Of a stretch of DNA of 64,000 bases, positions 16,200-24,231 are shown in pieces; position 1 is the first letter of the stretch; each line of letters opens with the position of its first letter. Source of the stretch: a virus (lineage: Duplodnaviria; Caudoviricetes). Location: positions 128,001 to 192,000 of the IMG/VR virus record IMGVR_UViG_3300049988_000245. One strand, written 5' to 3'. Made by a program: the position numbers and the translations under genes. The notes beneath the pieces were generated by a model. That model was not told the origin of the DNA and ran no database searches. It saw only the letters and a list, made by a program, of their open reading frames with translations.

Positions 16200-17137
16200 C
16201 TTAGACGGAGGGAATCACGCTTGGCCGTGACCCGATCGATGATTTTCTTGTCGATCGGGAATGTTCCGACCTCCGCCAGGATCGCGGTAGCCAGATAGTC
16301 GTCCGCGTAGACGATACCGGAGAACGGCTTCGCAGTGGGGCGCTTCGATCCGCGTGAACCGACACCCATCAACTGATCGTACAGGTTCCGCCACGCGCCA
16401 CCATCGATCACGACCCCACCGGGCTTCGTCGCGAGCTTCACGCTCAGGTTTCCGCTAACTCGGCTGAGGACGTTCGCAAGCTCGGGCGACGGCGCCGGTA
16501 GGGCCACACGGGCGGAACGCTCCTTCTTGTCCTTGCCCGCCCGCATGATCCGGGTGAGAACCCCTGTAGGACGGTTCCACAATAGGTGGATGAATATCTT
16601 CCAGTGCGTTTTCACGAATTTCGGGGACGCCGCATAGAAGGCCGCCGCCATCACTCCACCGAGTACACCCGCGAAGAAAACTAGAAACGACACCTTTCCG
16701 ACGTCGAGCCCGTCGAAGCGAAGGTGGGTAAATGAGCCTGATCGGGCGACCATCATGATGTAGACACCAACGATCCAGCAGAGACCAAACAGCGTGTACC
16801 ATGCGATCAGGCCGCTGACACGCTTTGCTTCCTTGACCGCGTTGATAGCAACGAACCCATCCGAATCGGGCTCGACCTGCCAGAGGTTCGATTCTTTGCA
16901 GATACTGTCCCACCACACATTAGGGAGGATTACCAACGGCGCCACGCCGCTCGCCGTGAGCCTGCTCTGAAGGCGTGCCGCCGCTTGTTCGTAATCCTTC
17001 GCGCTGAGTGTCCAGTCTTCGCTGGCCCTTTGCGGCGCCTCGACCGCGAACCCGCCGACGTACTTCACCGTGGTTGGTGTCGGACCCTGATCGATGGCGG
17101 AGCCGGTGACCTTCGAGAGGTAGGAAAAGTTCGACAT
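16196..17137 (-). CDS. Membrane protein with two central TM helices
   Basis: Start moved to MSNFSY (TAATG overlap with member 14). Confidence 0.6.
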   Translation of the reverse strand: MSNFSYLSKVTGSAIDQGPTPTTVKYVGGFAVEAPQRASEDWTLSAKDYEQAAARLQSRLTASGVAPLVILPNVWWDSICKESNLWQVEPDSDGFVAINAVKEAKRVSGLIAWYTLFGLCWIVGVYIMMVARSGSFTHLRFDGLDVGKVSFLVFFAGVLGGVMAAAFYAASPKFVKTHWKIFIHLLWNRPTGVLTRIMRAGKDKKERSARVALPAPSPELANVLSRVSGNLSVKLATKPGGVVIDGGAWRNLYDQLMGVGSRGSKRPTAKPFSGIVYADDYLATAILAEVGTFPIDKKIIDRVTAKRDSLRLR

Positions 17138-17391
17138 TAAATCCATCTCATCTTGAACGCGAAGGCGTCGTGCGTGGCGTAGAAATCCATAAAGATGCGA
17201 TGTTGATCGATCCCACCGAGAAGCGGACCCGCGACCACTCCGAAATGGCACTGATAGGCAATGTCATTTTCGTACATCCACTCTCGAACGGCATGGCTCG
17301 GACCCGTGAAATACCATCTTCGGTTAAGTGAACCTAACCGTGGCCGAAGCTCCATCTCGTGCTCCAGCCAAGGTAGGGCGACCGAATACAT
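17137..17391 (-). CDS. FKxRW-family small protein (member 14)
   Basis: Start moved to MYSVAL; EWMYEND ... DFYATHDAFAFKMRWI. Confidence 0.7.
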   Translation of the reverse strand: MYSVALPWLEHEMELRPRLGSLNRRWYFTGPSHAVREWMYENDIAYQCHFGVVAGPLLGGIDQHRIFMDFYATHDAFAFKMRWI

Positions 17392-17393
17392 GG

Positions 17394-17651
17394 TTATCCC
17401 CAGCGCATTTTGAACGCGAATGCCTGATCGGCGGACATGGAAAGCGCAACCATGCCGGTGACTGATCGGTAGCAGTACCATCCCGGCGCGTTTTCGTCCA
17501 ACCAAATAAGCACGTTCGTCCGTAGGCTGAGTGGTAAGCTCCCCCATTCCTCTGCTGGTCCATATGCGATACCGACGACCTGCGGATGACTCAGATCATC
17601 AATAAAGGTGCGCATGAGGCCCGTGTGAGGGGGAACGGATTGGAATCTCAT
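17394..17651 (-). CDS. FKxRW-family small protein (member 15)
   Basis: GGAG SD; IWLDENAP ... MSADQAFAFKMRWG. Confidence 0.7.
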   Translation of the reverse strand: MRFQSVPPHTGLMRTFIDDLSHPQVVGIAYGPAEEWGSLPLSLRTNVLIWLDENAPGWYCYRSVTGMVALSMSADQAFAFKMRWG

Positions 17652-17789
17652 AGCTCCGTTCTAACAGATTTCAGTAAATTTGGTCGATCAGGATTGTGGA
17701 TTGGTTAACAGCGCATAGATTAACTCCCGAGCAATCCGGTGCAGGATTCGACATAAATACATAGCACACTCCCGCACTGGAGACCTATC

Positions 17790-18155
17790 ATGAAGCCTAT
17801 TTCGAACCAGAACTTCGGCAATCTTGCCGGTAAGATCAAGATGACCTACCACAACGGTACCGCCGTTGTTGACGGTTACATTGTCAAGCAGATCGGCACT
17901 GGCCGTTTCGTTTGCGCGCCCCTGGCGAACTCGACCACGCAGAGCACGGTCGTTCTCGCATCCACCACCCCGGCTGCGACCACCCTGACCCCCGGCTACG
18001 GCACGATCAAGGGCTCGACCTTCGGTTCGAATGCTGTTGAGTACGTCTCGGTCATCCGTGGCGCGACCTGCGTGACAACTGGTGGCGTCAGCTACTCGTG
18101 GAATATCGGTGGTGCTTCCAAGCCGGGCAACCTCGGCCTCTCGTCCATCATCTAA
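17790..18155 (+). CDS. Small Thr/Gly-rich late protein, probable virion component
   Basis: TAAATA at 17754-17759, GGAG SD, biased codons, GYIVKQIGTGRF; structural role inferred. Confidence 0.55.
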   Translation: MKPISNQNFGNLAGKIKMTYHNGTAVVDGYIVKQIGTGRFVCAPLANSTTQSTVVLASTTPAATTLTPGYGTIKGSTFGSNAVEYVSVIRGATCVTTGGVSYSWNIGGASKPGNLGLSSII

Positions 18156-18188
18156 GAAGGCAGAGGGGGCTTCGGCCCCCGATTCCCC

Positions 18189-18590
18189 ATGCGTTTCTTC
18201 ATCGACCTGATTGAATCTGCTGGCGCGATCACCTGGGAAACCCCCAAGGGTCGGCACAACGATGTGCCCGTATGGATCGACATCCAGGCGCTCGACCACT
18301 CATGGGCTCAGGATGAGCTTCACGTGGGCCAGGGCGGCGAAGGTGGAATGAAGCGTCGGTACGACGGGTTCGGCCGGTGGATCGCCTCAGCGACCGTTCC
18401 TGTGCAAATGCCAGAGGTTGCTCTGAGCCACCGCAATGAGGTGGCTTTCACCAATGGGCGTCACCGGTTTTCATGGCTGCGCGATCATGGTGCCGAGGCC
18501 ATGCCGGTGCTTGTGGACAAGTCCCAGGCCGGGGAATTCGCCCGCCGTTTCGGCACCTCAGTAAGAATCACAAAATACCACCCAGAGTAA
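18189..18590 (+). CDS. ParB/Srx-like domain protein
   Basis: MPEV...FTNGRHRFSWLRDHG..MPV (ParB-like GRHR motif). Confidence 0.55.
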   Translation: MRFFIDLIESAGAITWETPKGRHNDVPVWIDIQALDHSWAQDELHVGQGGEGGMKRRYDGFGRWIASATVPVQMPEVALSHRNEVAFTNGRHRFSWLRDHGAEAMPVLVDKSQAGEFARRFGTSVRITKYHPE

Positions 18591-18591
18591 G

Positions 18592-18619
18592 TTGACATCC
18601 TCACGGATTGCTGTACATT
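18592..18619 (+). promoter_or_regulatory. Sigma70-type early promoter
   Basis: TTGACA-N16-TACATT. Confidence 0.65.
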
Positions 18620-18671
18620 ACGGACATCGGCAAGGGAAACCAACCAGTCCACAGCATCAGGAGAGATTCAA

Positions 18672-18917
18672 ATGGGTGAAGCCAAGCGTCGCGCTCTGTA
18701 CCGTGCCAACCTCGCCGCCCTGGCGCGGATCGACCGCGAGGCTGAGGAAGCTCTCTACCAAAAGCGTCTCGCCGCTTCCCGTAAGGGCGTGGCCACCCGT
18801 GCGGCTAACAAGGAAGCTGCCGCCAAGCGCTCCGAGGCGGCCAAGCGCGCCGCCCAGACCCGCCGCCTCAATCGCGAGACCGCCCTCGACAATGCTGGCT
18901 GGAACCCGCGCCTCTAA
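18672..18917 (+). CDS. Basic Ala/Arg/Lys-rich helical protein (MGEAKRR...)
   Basis: AGGAG SD directly after an early promoter. Confidence 0.6.
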   Translation: MGEAKRRALYRANLAALARIDREAEEALYQKRLAASRKGVATRAANKEAAAKRSEAAKRAAQTRRLNRETALDNAGWNPRL

Positions 18918-18990
18918 GCAACCCCGGCCTATTGATTAGCGTTCACGCTCCGTGCTTAGTCGCGGGGCGTGAATCCGTTTGGGGTAACTG

Positions 18991-19254
18991 ATGCTTATAG
19001 AACACCGCGATACGGCTATGCGGCTGAAAGAACACCTCAAGACCCAGCGGGCCATCGACCCTACCGTGGGCGTGGGGTCGGCATTCCGGCCCGGCCTGAC
19101 CGAGGGTAGCGTCGTCGTGCCCGCGTTGTACGTGTATCTGAGCGAGGTCGATATGAAGCGCATCTCGCTGCCCCTGAACGAGTTCGAGGGGATGCCGGTG
19201 ATCTACCGGGTCGGGGAAGCTCGAATCTCGGGGACCAAGGCCGGGCAGTGGTGA
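18991..19254 (+). CDS. Hypothetical protein
   Basis: 87 aa; GVGS..., EFEGMPVIYRV.G. Confidence 0.5.
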   Translation: MLIEHRDTAMRLKEHLKTQRAIDPTVGVGSAFRPGLTEGSVVVPALYVYLSEVDMKRISLPLNEFEGMPVIYRVGEARISGTKAGQW

Positions 19255-19514
19255 TCGAACGCTCCGGTCTGGGATTTGCCCTAAGCCCGGATGGGCTGGA
19301 CGTGTTCCGTGAGATCAAATCCATGCAAGGGTCTGTATATGGGTTCGATTTCGTCGCCATCGGCGATTGGTTGATCGATAACGATTATCATCTCTATCTG
19401 CTCTATAGAGAGAAAGTGATGAAGAAAGGAGTTACGTATGATTCTAATTGCATAGGTGGTTTCTTTATGGAATCTGAGGAGCATCACGTGGCGTTCCGGA
19501 TGCGTTGGTTCTGA
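19251..19514 (+). CDS. FKxRW-family small protein (member 16)
   Basis: GTGA overlap; DWLIDND ... FMESEEHHVAFRMRWF. Confidence 0.65.
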   Translation: MIERSGLGFALSPDGLDVFREIKSMQGSVYGFDFVAIGDWLIDNDYHLYLLYREKVMKKGVTYDSNCIGGFFMESEEHHVAFRMRWF

Positions 19515-19801
19515 TGCCGCTGATTCGGATATCCGACACGATGACGTTCCGAGAGACCGACACTTTGGTGATCAAAGAATGCGAGGACGGCTGGTGGGGC
19601 TATGCTTTCATCCGGCCGTATCCGGATAACATGCTCCCTCCAGGGGATCACAGTTTCGAAACAGTCTACTCCGACGCCCTAGCATGGTGTCAGGAGCGAT
19701 TCGGAATTCCAATCAAACGCTGGAAGCCCGCAATCAGCGATCTATTCATCCTGCTCCACCGCGAGTCAGACGCGTTCGAATTTAATCTTCGCTGGTGTTA
19801 A
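19514..19801 (+). CDS. FKxRW-family small protein (member 17)
   Basis: TGATG overlap; AWCQERFG ... LHRESDAFEFNLRWC. Confidence 0.7.
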   Translation: MPLIRISDTMTFRETDTLVIKECEDGWWGYAFIRPYPDNMLPPGDHSFETVYSDALAWCQERFGIPIKRWKPAISDLFILLHRESDAFEFNLRWC

Positions 19802-19813
19802 CCAAACGACCAG

Positions 19814-19830
19814 GATCGGTTTGACGAATC
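19814..19830. promoter_or_regulatory. Operator-like site overlapping a TTGACG -35 box
   Basis: GATCGGT-TTG-ACGAATC, upstream of the HD gene. Confidence 0.4.
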
Positions 19831-19855
19831 GCATGATTCGGGTTATCTTAGCCGT

Positions 19856-20368
19856 ATGAATTATTACGACATCGCATACAAGTTCGCGGAGGAAGGTCAC
19901 GCGAATCAGACTGATAAGGCCGGTCTCCCGTATTTCGGGCATGTTCTCCGGGTTGTCGAGGGCGTCCGTCGCCATCTGGCGCGGCTTCCCCCTGGACTGC
20001 TCACCCAAGACCAGATCACCGCGATCCTCTGCGCCGCCGTGCTCCACGATGTGGTTGAGGACGAGGAGATCACCGGCAAGACCTACGCGATGTTGGAGGC
20101 CCTGGGCCTTCCCGATGAAGTCCTAGTCATGGTTCGCCGCCTTGACAAGCGATTCAAGATCGGTACCTACGTGAACAACATCGAGTTGATCGCCATGGAG
20201 GGGAACATTGGCGTCATCATGATCAAAAAGTCCGACACCGAGGACAACAACGATCCCGAGCGGATCGCTTCTCTGCCGGAGTCGGAGCGGTCAATCACCA
20301 ACCGATACAATCGGACGGGATCAATCCTGAACGCAGCGTTCGAAGAGTACGTTAGGGATCGCACCTAA
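19856..20368 (+). CDS. HD-domain hydrolase, RelA/SpoT (p)ppGpp-hydrolase-like
   Basis: GHANQTDKAGLPYFGH ... VLHDVVED ... IKKSDTEDN. Confidence 0.75.
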   Translation: MNYYDIAYKFAEEGHANQTDKAGLPYFGHVLRVVEGVRRHLARLPPGLLTQDQITAILCAAVLHDVVEDEEITGKTYAMLEALGLPDEVLVMVRRLDKRFKIGTYVNNIELIAMEGNIGVIMIKKSDTEDNNDPERIASLPESERSITNRYNRTGSILNAAFEEYVRDRT

Positions 20369-20390
20369 CGGATCATATATGATCCGTTAG
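20365..20390. repeat. Perfect 26-bp palindrome
   Basis: CTAACGGATCATATATGATCCGTTAG equals its reverse complement. Confidence 0.9.
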
Positions 20391-20578
20391 ACCAGATTAC
20401 GTTTCATGTATGAGACGTTACGAGATGCGCGGAAGCTCTTGGGTCCAGACCCGTAAATGAGCGCCACTGCCCGTTGGGCGAAGAGGGCCGTCGATCCGGC
20501 ACCGCGCATAGGATCGTCTGTCGCTGGGAACGGCGGATGATGGGGGGAGGGGCCGTGCTGGGAACACGGCCCTAACCT

Positions 20579-20788
20579 TCAATCCGATGGAGGTTTGTCG
20601 TCCGGTTTTGCCGCGACCGACCCGATGATGAAGCCGACCATCATCGCCTGTTGCTCCGCCTCGGTCTTGGGAAGCATCCCGAGCTTGTCGAGGAGCAGGC
20701 AGGCCCCGAGAAGAACTATAAACGTCACGCCGAACTGAAATACGAGCGCCATCAAGGCGAAGAGAACGTTCAGCAGAACCTCGTTCAT
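20579..20788 (-). CDS. Small membrane protein
   Basis: Two hydrophobic segments; ATGA overlap with topoisomerase stop. Confidence 0.55.
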   Translation of the reverse strand: MNEVLLNVLFALMALVFQFGVTFIVLLGACLLLDKLGMLPKTEAEQQAMMVGFIIGSVAAKPDDKPPSD

Positions 20789-22134
20789 TTTAACTTCACC
20801 AGTTCGTCGAGTTCGGACAAGTAGACGGCCTTCAATTTTGCCGGGTCTTCCAGGGTGGCCTTATAGTCGAAAATGCTTGTGCTCAGCGCAGCAATTTTCG
20901 TTTCCACCTCCGCTTCGAATTCCTTGGTCCAGCGGTACGTCGCAAGGTTTAGCACGCGATCCATCTGGCTGTCGATGACGAAAAGCTTCGCTTTCTTAAC
21001 CACCTTGGAGACTTCTTCCGCCATGGCTGCGCGATCCGTAAACGTCCCAAGCTTCTTAGTGAATCCGGCCTGGAACAGTGCCCGCAGCACCAGCCAGTAG
21101 TTTCGCTCGTGATCGGTATCCGCGAGTAGCTTTTCAAACCGCTTCGTATACCAACTCAGACGCCATTCGACGAAGTCTCGAACCACCGAGGCGGCGTCCG
21201 AGTACGTGCGGATGGAAATGCCGTTCCAATCGATCACCACGATGCGTTCGGTGGTCTTCTCCCGAAGTTTGAAGTAGTCGATGGCCGTGTCTGGCTTCCA
21301 ATTCTTGATTGAGCCGCGTTTGAACTTTACCGAAATATCAATCGAATCAGTTGAACGATCGGTGAATGAGACAATCGTATCGAGTTCTTCCATCTGAATC
21401 AGGCGCTTGCGGAAATTCTCCAGGGAGAGGTCCGGGGGAAGCTCAATGATCCGCACGGTGGACGAATCTTCGATCACCGCCTTGCCAGAAAACTCGTACT
21501 GATTCAGGCCAGTACCCTTCACGGTGATGTTGTAGCGGTCGTACGAGGGCTCCAACCCCTTCAGGGTCTCCTTCTCGTTCAATGCGTCCTTCGTGGCCTG
21601 TACGAGGCCCTTCAGGGCGCGCGGAAGGATTTCCGTGGACCATCCCACGGCAATCCCGGAGATGCCGTTGAGCAGCACCAGGGGAACCAGTGGGAGGAAG
21701 TGGATCGGCTCCTTGTTCGAGCCATCGTAATTGTCCTTCAGGGGAACCAGATCGAGATCGCGGTAGAGAAGCATCTCGGCGGTCTTCGCCCTCCGAACCT
21801 CGGTGTAACGGGGTGCGCCGATGCCCTCGACAGGAGCAACGCGGTTGCCGAACTGGCCCAGGCCCTCGATCAGCGGGGCGTTGTTCTTATAGGGTGCGGC
21901 CAGCAGGCCGATCATGTTGTTCGCTGAGGTCTCACCGTGCACGTACAGGCGCTCGTACCCCATCAGGCCGGAGAGCGCGAACGTCTTGAGCTTGTCCGGG
22001 CGATTGCGTAGCAGCCACAGGGCAATCCGCTGACCGTGCTTGAGCCCGTCTTGAACAGCGGGAATCGCGCGGGTCGCGCAGACGTAAATGGAATACTCGC
22101 GAGAGGAGTTGATCAGATATTGGCTGGCCGTCAT
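20785..22134 (-). CDS. Type IIA DNA topoisomerase, A subunit (GyrA/ParC-like, T4 gp52-type)
   Basis: RAIPAVQDGLK, YVHGETS, GQFG, catalytic APRYT, PLVLLNGISGIAVGWST; 449 aa. Confidence 0.92.
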   Translation of the reverse strand: MTASQYLINSSREYSIYVCATRAIPAVQDGLKHGQRIALWLLRNRPDKLKTFALSGLMGYERLYVHGETSANNMIGLLAAPYKNNAPLIEGLGQFGNRVAPVEGIGAPRYTEVRRAKTAEMLLYRDLDLVPLKDNYDGSNKEPIHFLPLVPLVLLNGISGIAVGWSTEILPRALKGLVQATKDALNEKETLKGLEPSYDRYNITVKGTGLNQYEFSGKAVIEDSSTVRIIELPPDLSLENFRKRLIQMEELDTIVSFTDRSTDSIDISVKFKRGSIKNWKPDTAIDYFKLREKTTERIVVIDWNGISIRTYSDAASVVRDFVEWRLSWYTKRFEKLLADTDHERNYWLVLRALFQAGFTKKLGTFTDRAAMAEEVSKVVKKAKLFVIDSQMDRVLNLATYRWTKEFEAEVETKIAALSTSIFDYKATLEDPAKLKAVYLSELDELVKLK

Positions 22135-22184
22135 AATGCTCTTTACAAAATTAGACTAATATATATTCCAAAATCGCCGAATGA

Positions 22185-22547
22185 CTACCGATAAGTCAAC
22201 TTGAAAAAGATTGCGTCTTCGCTGCGCGTGAAATGGTAATTCATTCCATTGTCCGAGAACACCAGCATGATGCCAAACATGTTCTCGGCAAAATCCTGCA
22301 ATTCTCCGAACGGAACCGCTTTCGCATAAGACAGAACGACCGAACTCGGAGCAACCTCACGGGCGATCTGCGCGAAGGCAATGCGCGATTCCATATAGGC
22401 TTTCTGTTGCTGGTACTCGGCCTCGACGAATCGTGTCGAGTAGTGGTCCGTATCGACCATCTTCACTTGGAAGTCGCTGCTGCGTCGAATCTCGCCTGGA
22501 TTCAAGCTGGCAACGAATAGCCGCGCCTCATTCATGATGAGGGGCAT
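22185..22547 (-). CDS. Divergent FKxRW-like protein
   Basis: Start moved to MPLIMN (AAGGA SD); ends YHFTRSEDAIFFKLTYR. Confidence 0.55.
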   Translation of the reverse strand: MPLIMNEARLFVASLNPGEIRRSSDFQVKMVDTDHYSTRFVEAEYQQQKAYMESRIAFAQIAREVAPSSVVLSYAKAVPFGELQDFAENMFGIMLVFSDNGMNYHFTRSEDAIFFKLTYR

Positions 22548-22563
22548 ATCCTTGCTATATCTA

Positions 22564-23088
22564 CTACTTCCGGTAGGGGTGGAATCGTTTAAGATCGGGA
22601 CTATCGAGGACAAATTTAGCCATCACTGCTTCTTTTATGTCCGAAAAGTACAGGATGGTACCTATGGAGTAACTATAAAAACGCGCGGCACGGCCCGATC
22701 GCCATGTTCCGTTCTGGTTACGGAATTCGCGAAGACTGTCCTCGTTCAGATTTGCCCCCGAGAGCACAACCTTATGTGGGGTGATACGTTCGAGTGCGAT
22801 CAGATGAGATTGCATCATGTCCATCATCTGCTGCTCCGTCTCAACCTTCCCGAAGGTGGTCTCGTACAGTTCATGGACTTTGCGGGAGAGCACAACCCGA
22901 CCCTCCTGGGCACCGAACACCGAAATGATCAGGGACGATGCCGCAATGATCAGATCGGTGCGTTCCAGGGAGAGTAGGTGGTCAGGTCTCACGTAAAGCG
23001 CGTTGAACACGGCCCGTTGTGCCTCCCTATGGCATTCCTCTGGGTAGTACGCGGTATAGCACCGCGTACACCCGCAATACAGAGGCAT
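22564..23088 (-). CDS. Divergent FKxRW-like protein with N-terminal Cys cluster
   Basis: CGCTRC...C; C-terminal YFSDIKEAVMAKF. Confidence 0.5.
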   Translation of the reverse strand: MPLYCGCTRCYTAYYPEECHREAQRAVFNALYVRPDHLLSLERTDLIIAASSLIISVFGAQEGRVVLSRKVHELYETTFGKVETEQQMMDMMQSHLIALERITPHKVVLSGANLNEDSLREFRNQNGTWRSGRAARFYSYSIGTILYFSDIKEAVMAKFVLDSPDLKRFHPYRK

Positions 23089-23100
23089 GGCCTAGGATGG

Positions 23101-23769
23101 TTAAAACGCCATCCGGGCGAATGCAGCTTCACCGGGATCGGAGAAATAGTAGGTCGCCGAGAGCGCGTCGATTGCCTCTTGCTTCCCAAAGTAGGCGCCG
23201 CTACTCAAGAATTTTTCCAGCTTGATCCGGGCTTCGCGATCAACCGAACCACCAACGATGCCCGAGGCGCCGTATTGCTGAAAGAACTTGATCCACTCTT
23301 CCGCTTTGATGATCCTGGGAGACTCGAACCGATGCAAGTAACGAGTCTCAAGAACCTCCTCGTACGCATCCAGCGCGGCGGTCTTGGTAAAGAACAGGTC
23401 GTGGTTGGTCTGAGACCAATGGTTGAACGCACCGAAGCTCAGAACGAGCGGGCGAGCGGTCTGCTCATCGATCCAGCGGTTGATCCACGGGATAAGGGAT
23501 TCGGATTCGAGGGCAATCACGGGATTCTCAATACCGGTCGCGTTAATGTAGTTGAAAATAGACAGTTCGTTCTCAAACAGGGTCGCATCAGTCACCGGAG
23601 GGACGATAATCTCATCCCCTGCGTCTTCGTTCTGTTTTGCCAGCCATGCGAGGTATTCCTCGTCCGTCTCCGTCTCGGGTTCTGGTTTCGGCTCAAACTC
23701 GTATGGCGCCCAGGCGGGATTCAACTTATTTTGTTTGAGCGTCCACTCTTGAATTTCTTGTTCTGTCAT
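23101..23769 (-). CDS. Divergent FKxRW-like protein with acidic N-terminus
   Basis: Start moved to MTEQ (TGATG overlap); ends YYFSDPGEAAFARMAF. Confidence 0.55.
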   Translation of the reverse strand: MTEQEIQEWTLKQNKLNPAWAPYEFEPKPEPETETDEEYLAWLAKQNEDAGDEIIVPPVTDATLFENELSIFNYINATGIENPVIALESESLIPWINRWIDEQTARPLVLSFGAFNHWSQTNHDLFFTKTAALDAYEEVLETRYLHRFESPRIIKAEEWIKFFQQYGASGIVGGSVDREARIKLEKFLSSGAYFGKQEAIDALSATYYFSDPGEAAFARMAF

Positions 23770-23990
23770 CAGTCGCCTATAGCCCAAAATGTCTTCAACA
23801 ACGTTGCTGAGTTAACGTCGTACATTACAATATTAGCCTGCCATGAAACCACGTCTTTTTCATCATAAATCTCCCAGCATGACATGGCGGCCACCGAATC
23901 CTCCGGGAGGTTTTCCTTGCACCACGCGCGGAGTGCTTCAGGGTCCTTGATCCGGATGGTGAAGTCGAACGCGTCGGATTCGGTGGCCAT
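23769..23990 (-). CDS. Divergent FKxRW-like small protein
   Basis: RAWCKENLP ... MYDVNSATLLKTFW. Confidence 0.55.
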   Translation of the reverse strand: MATESDAFDFTIRIKDPEALRAWCKENLPEDSVAAMSCWEIYDEKDVVSWQANIVMYDVNSATLLKTFWAIGD

Positions 23991-23994
23991 CGTA

Positions 23995-24228
23995 TTAACC
24001 CTGGGTGATTTCGCTGATCGTCATCGTCTTGGGATCATACCACACGCGGGCGCGATTCGCCCGGTATTCCATCGTGGTGATCATCCCGTCCTCGATAAAA
24101 CTCACGTCGTCCACACCGGGGATGGCGGCGAGCACTTCGATGATCAGGCGCTTGCGGGTTTCGCTTGGCTCGCCGATCGTGCTCACCCCACCGATATCGC
24201 GGCCAATGAATGCGGCTTTCTCAGGCAT
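23995..24228 (-). CDS. Peptidase inhibitor I78 / potato-inhibitor-I-like small protein
   Basis: G.MITTMEYRANRARVWYD...ISEITQG matches the TMDY-R-x-x-R-x-x-x-x-D...G pattern. Confidence 0.6.
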   Translation of the reverse strand: MPEKAAFIGRDIGGVSTIGEPSETRKRLIIEVLAAIPGVDDVSFIEDGMITTMEYRANRARVWYDPKTMTISEITQG

Positions 24229-24231
24229 TTC

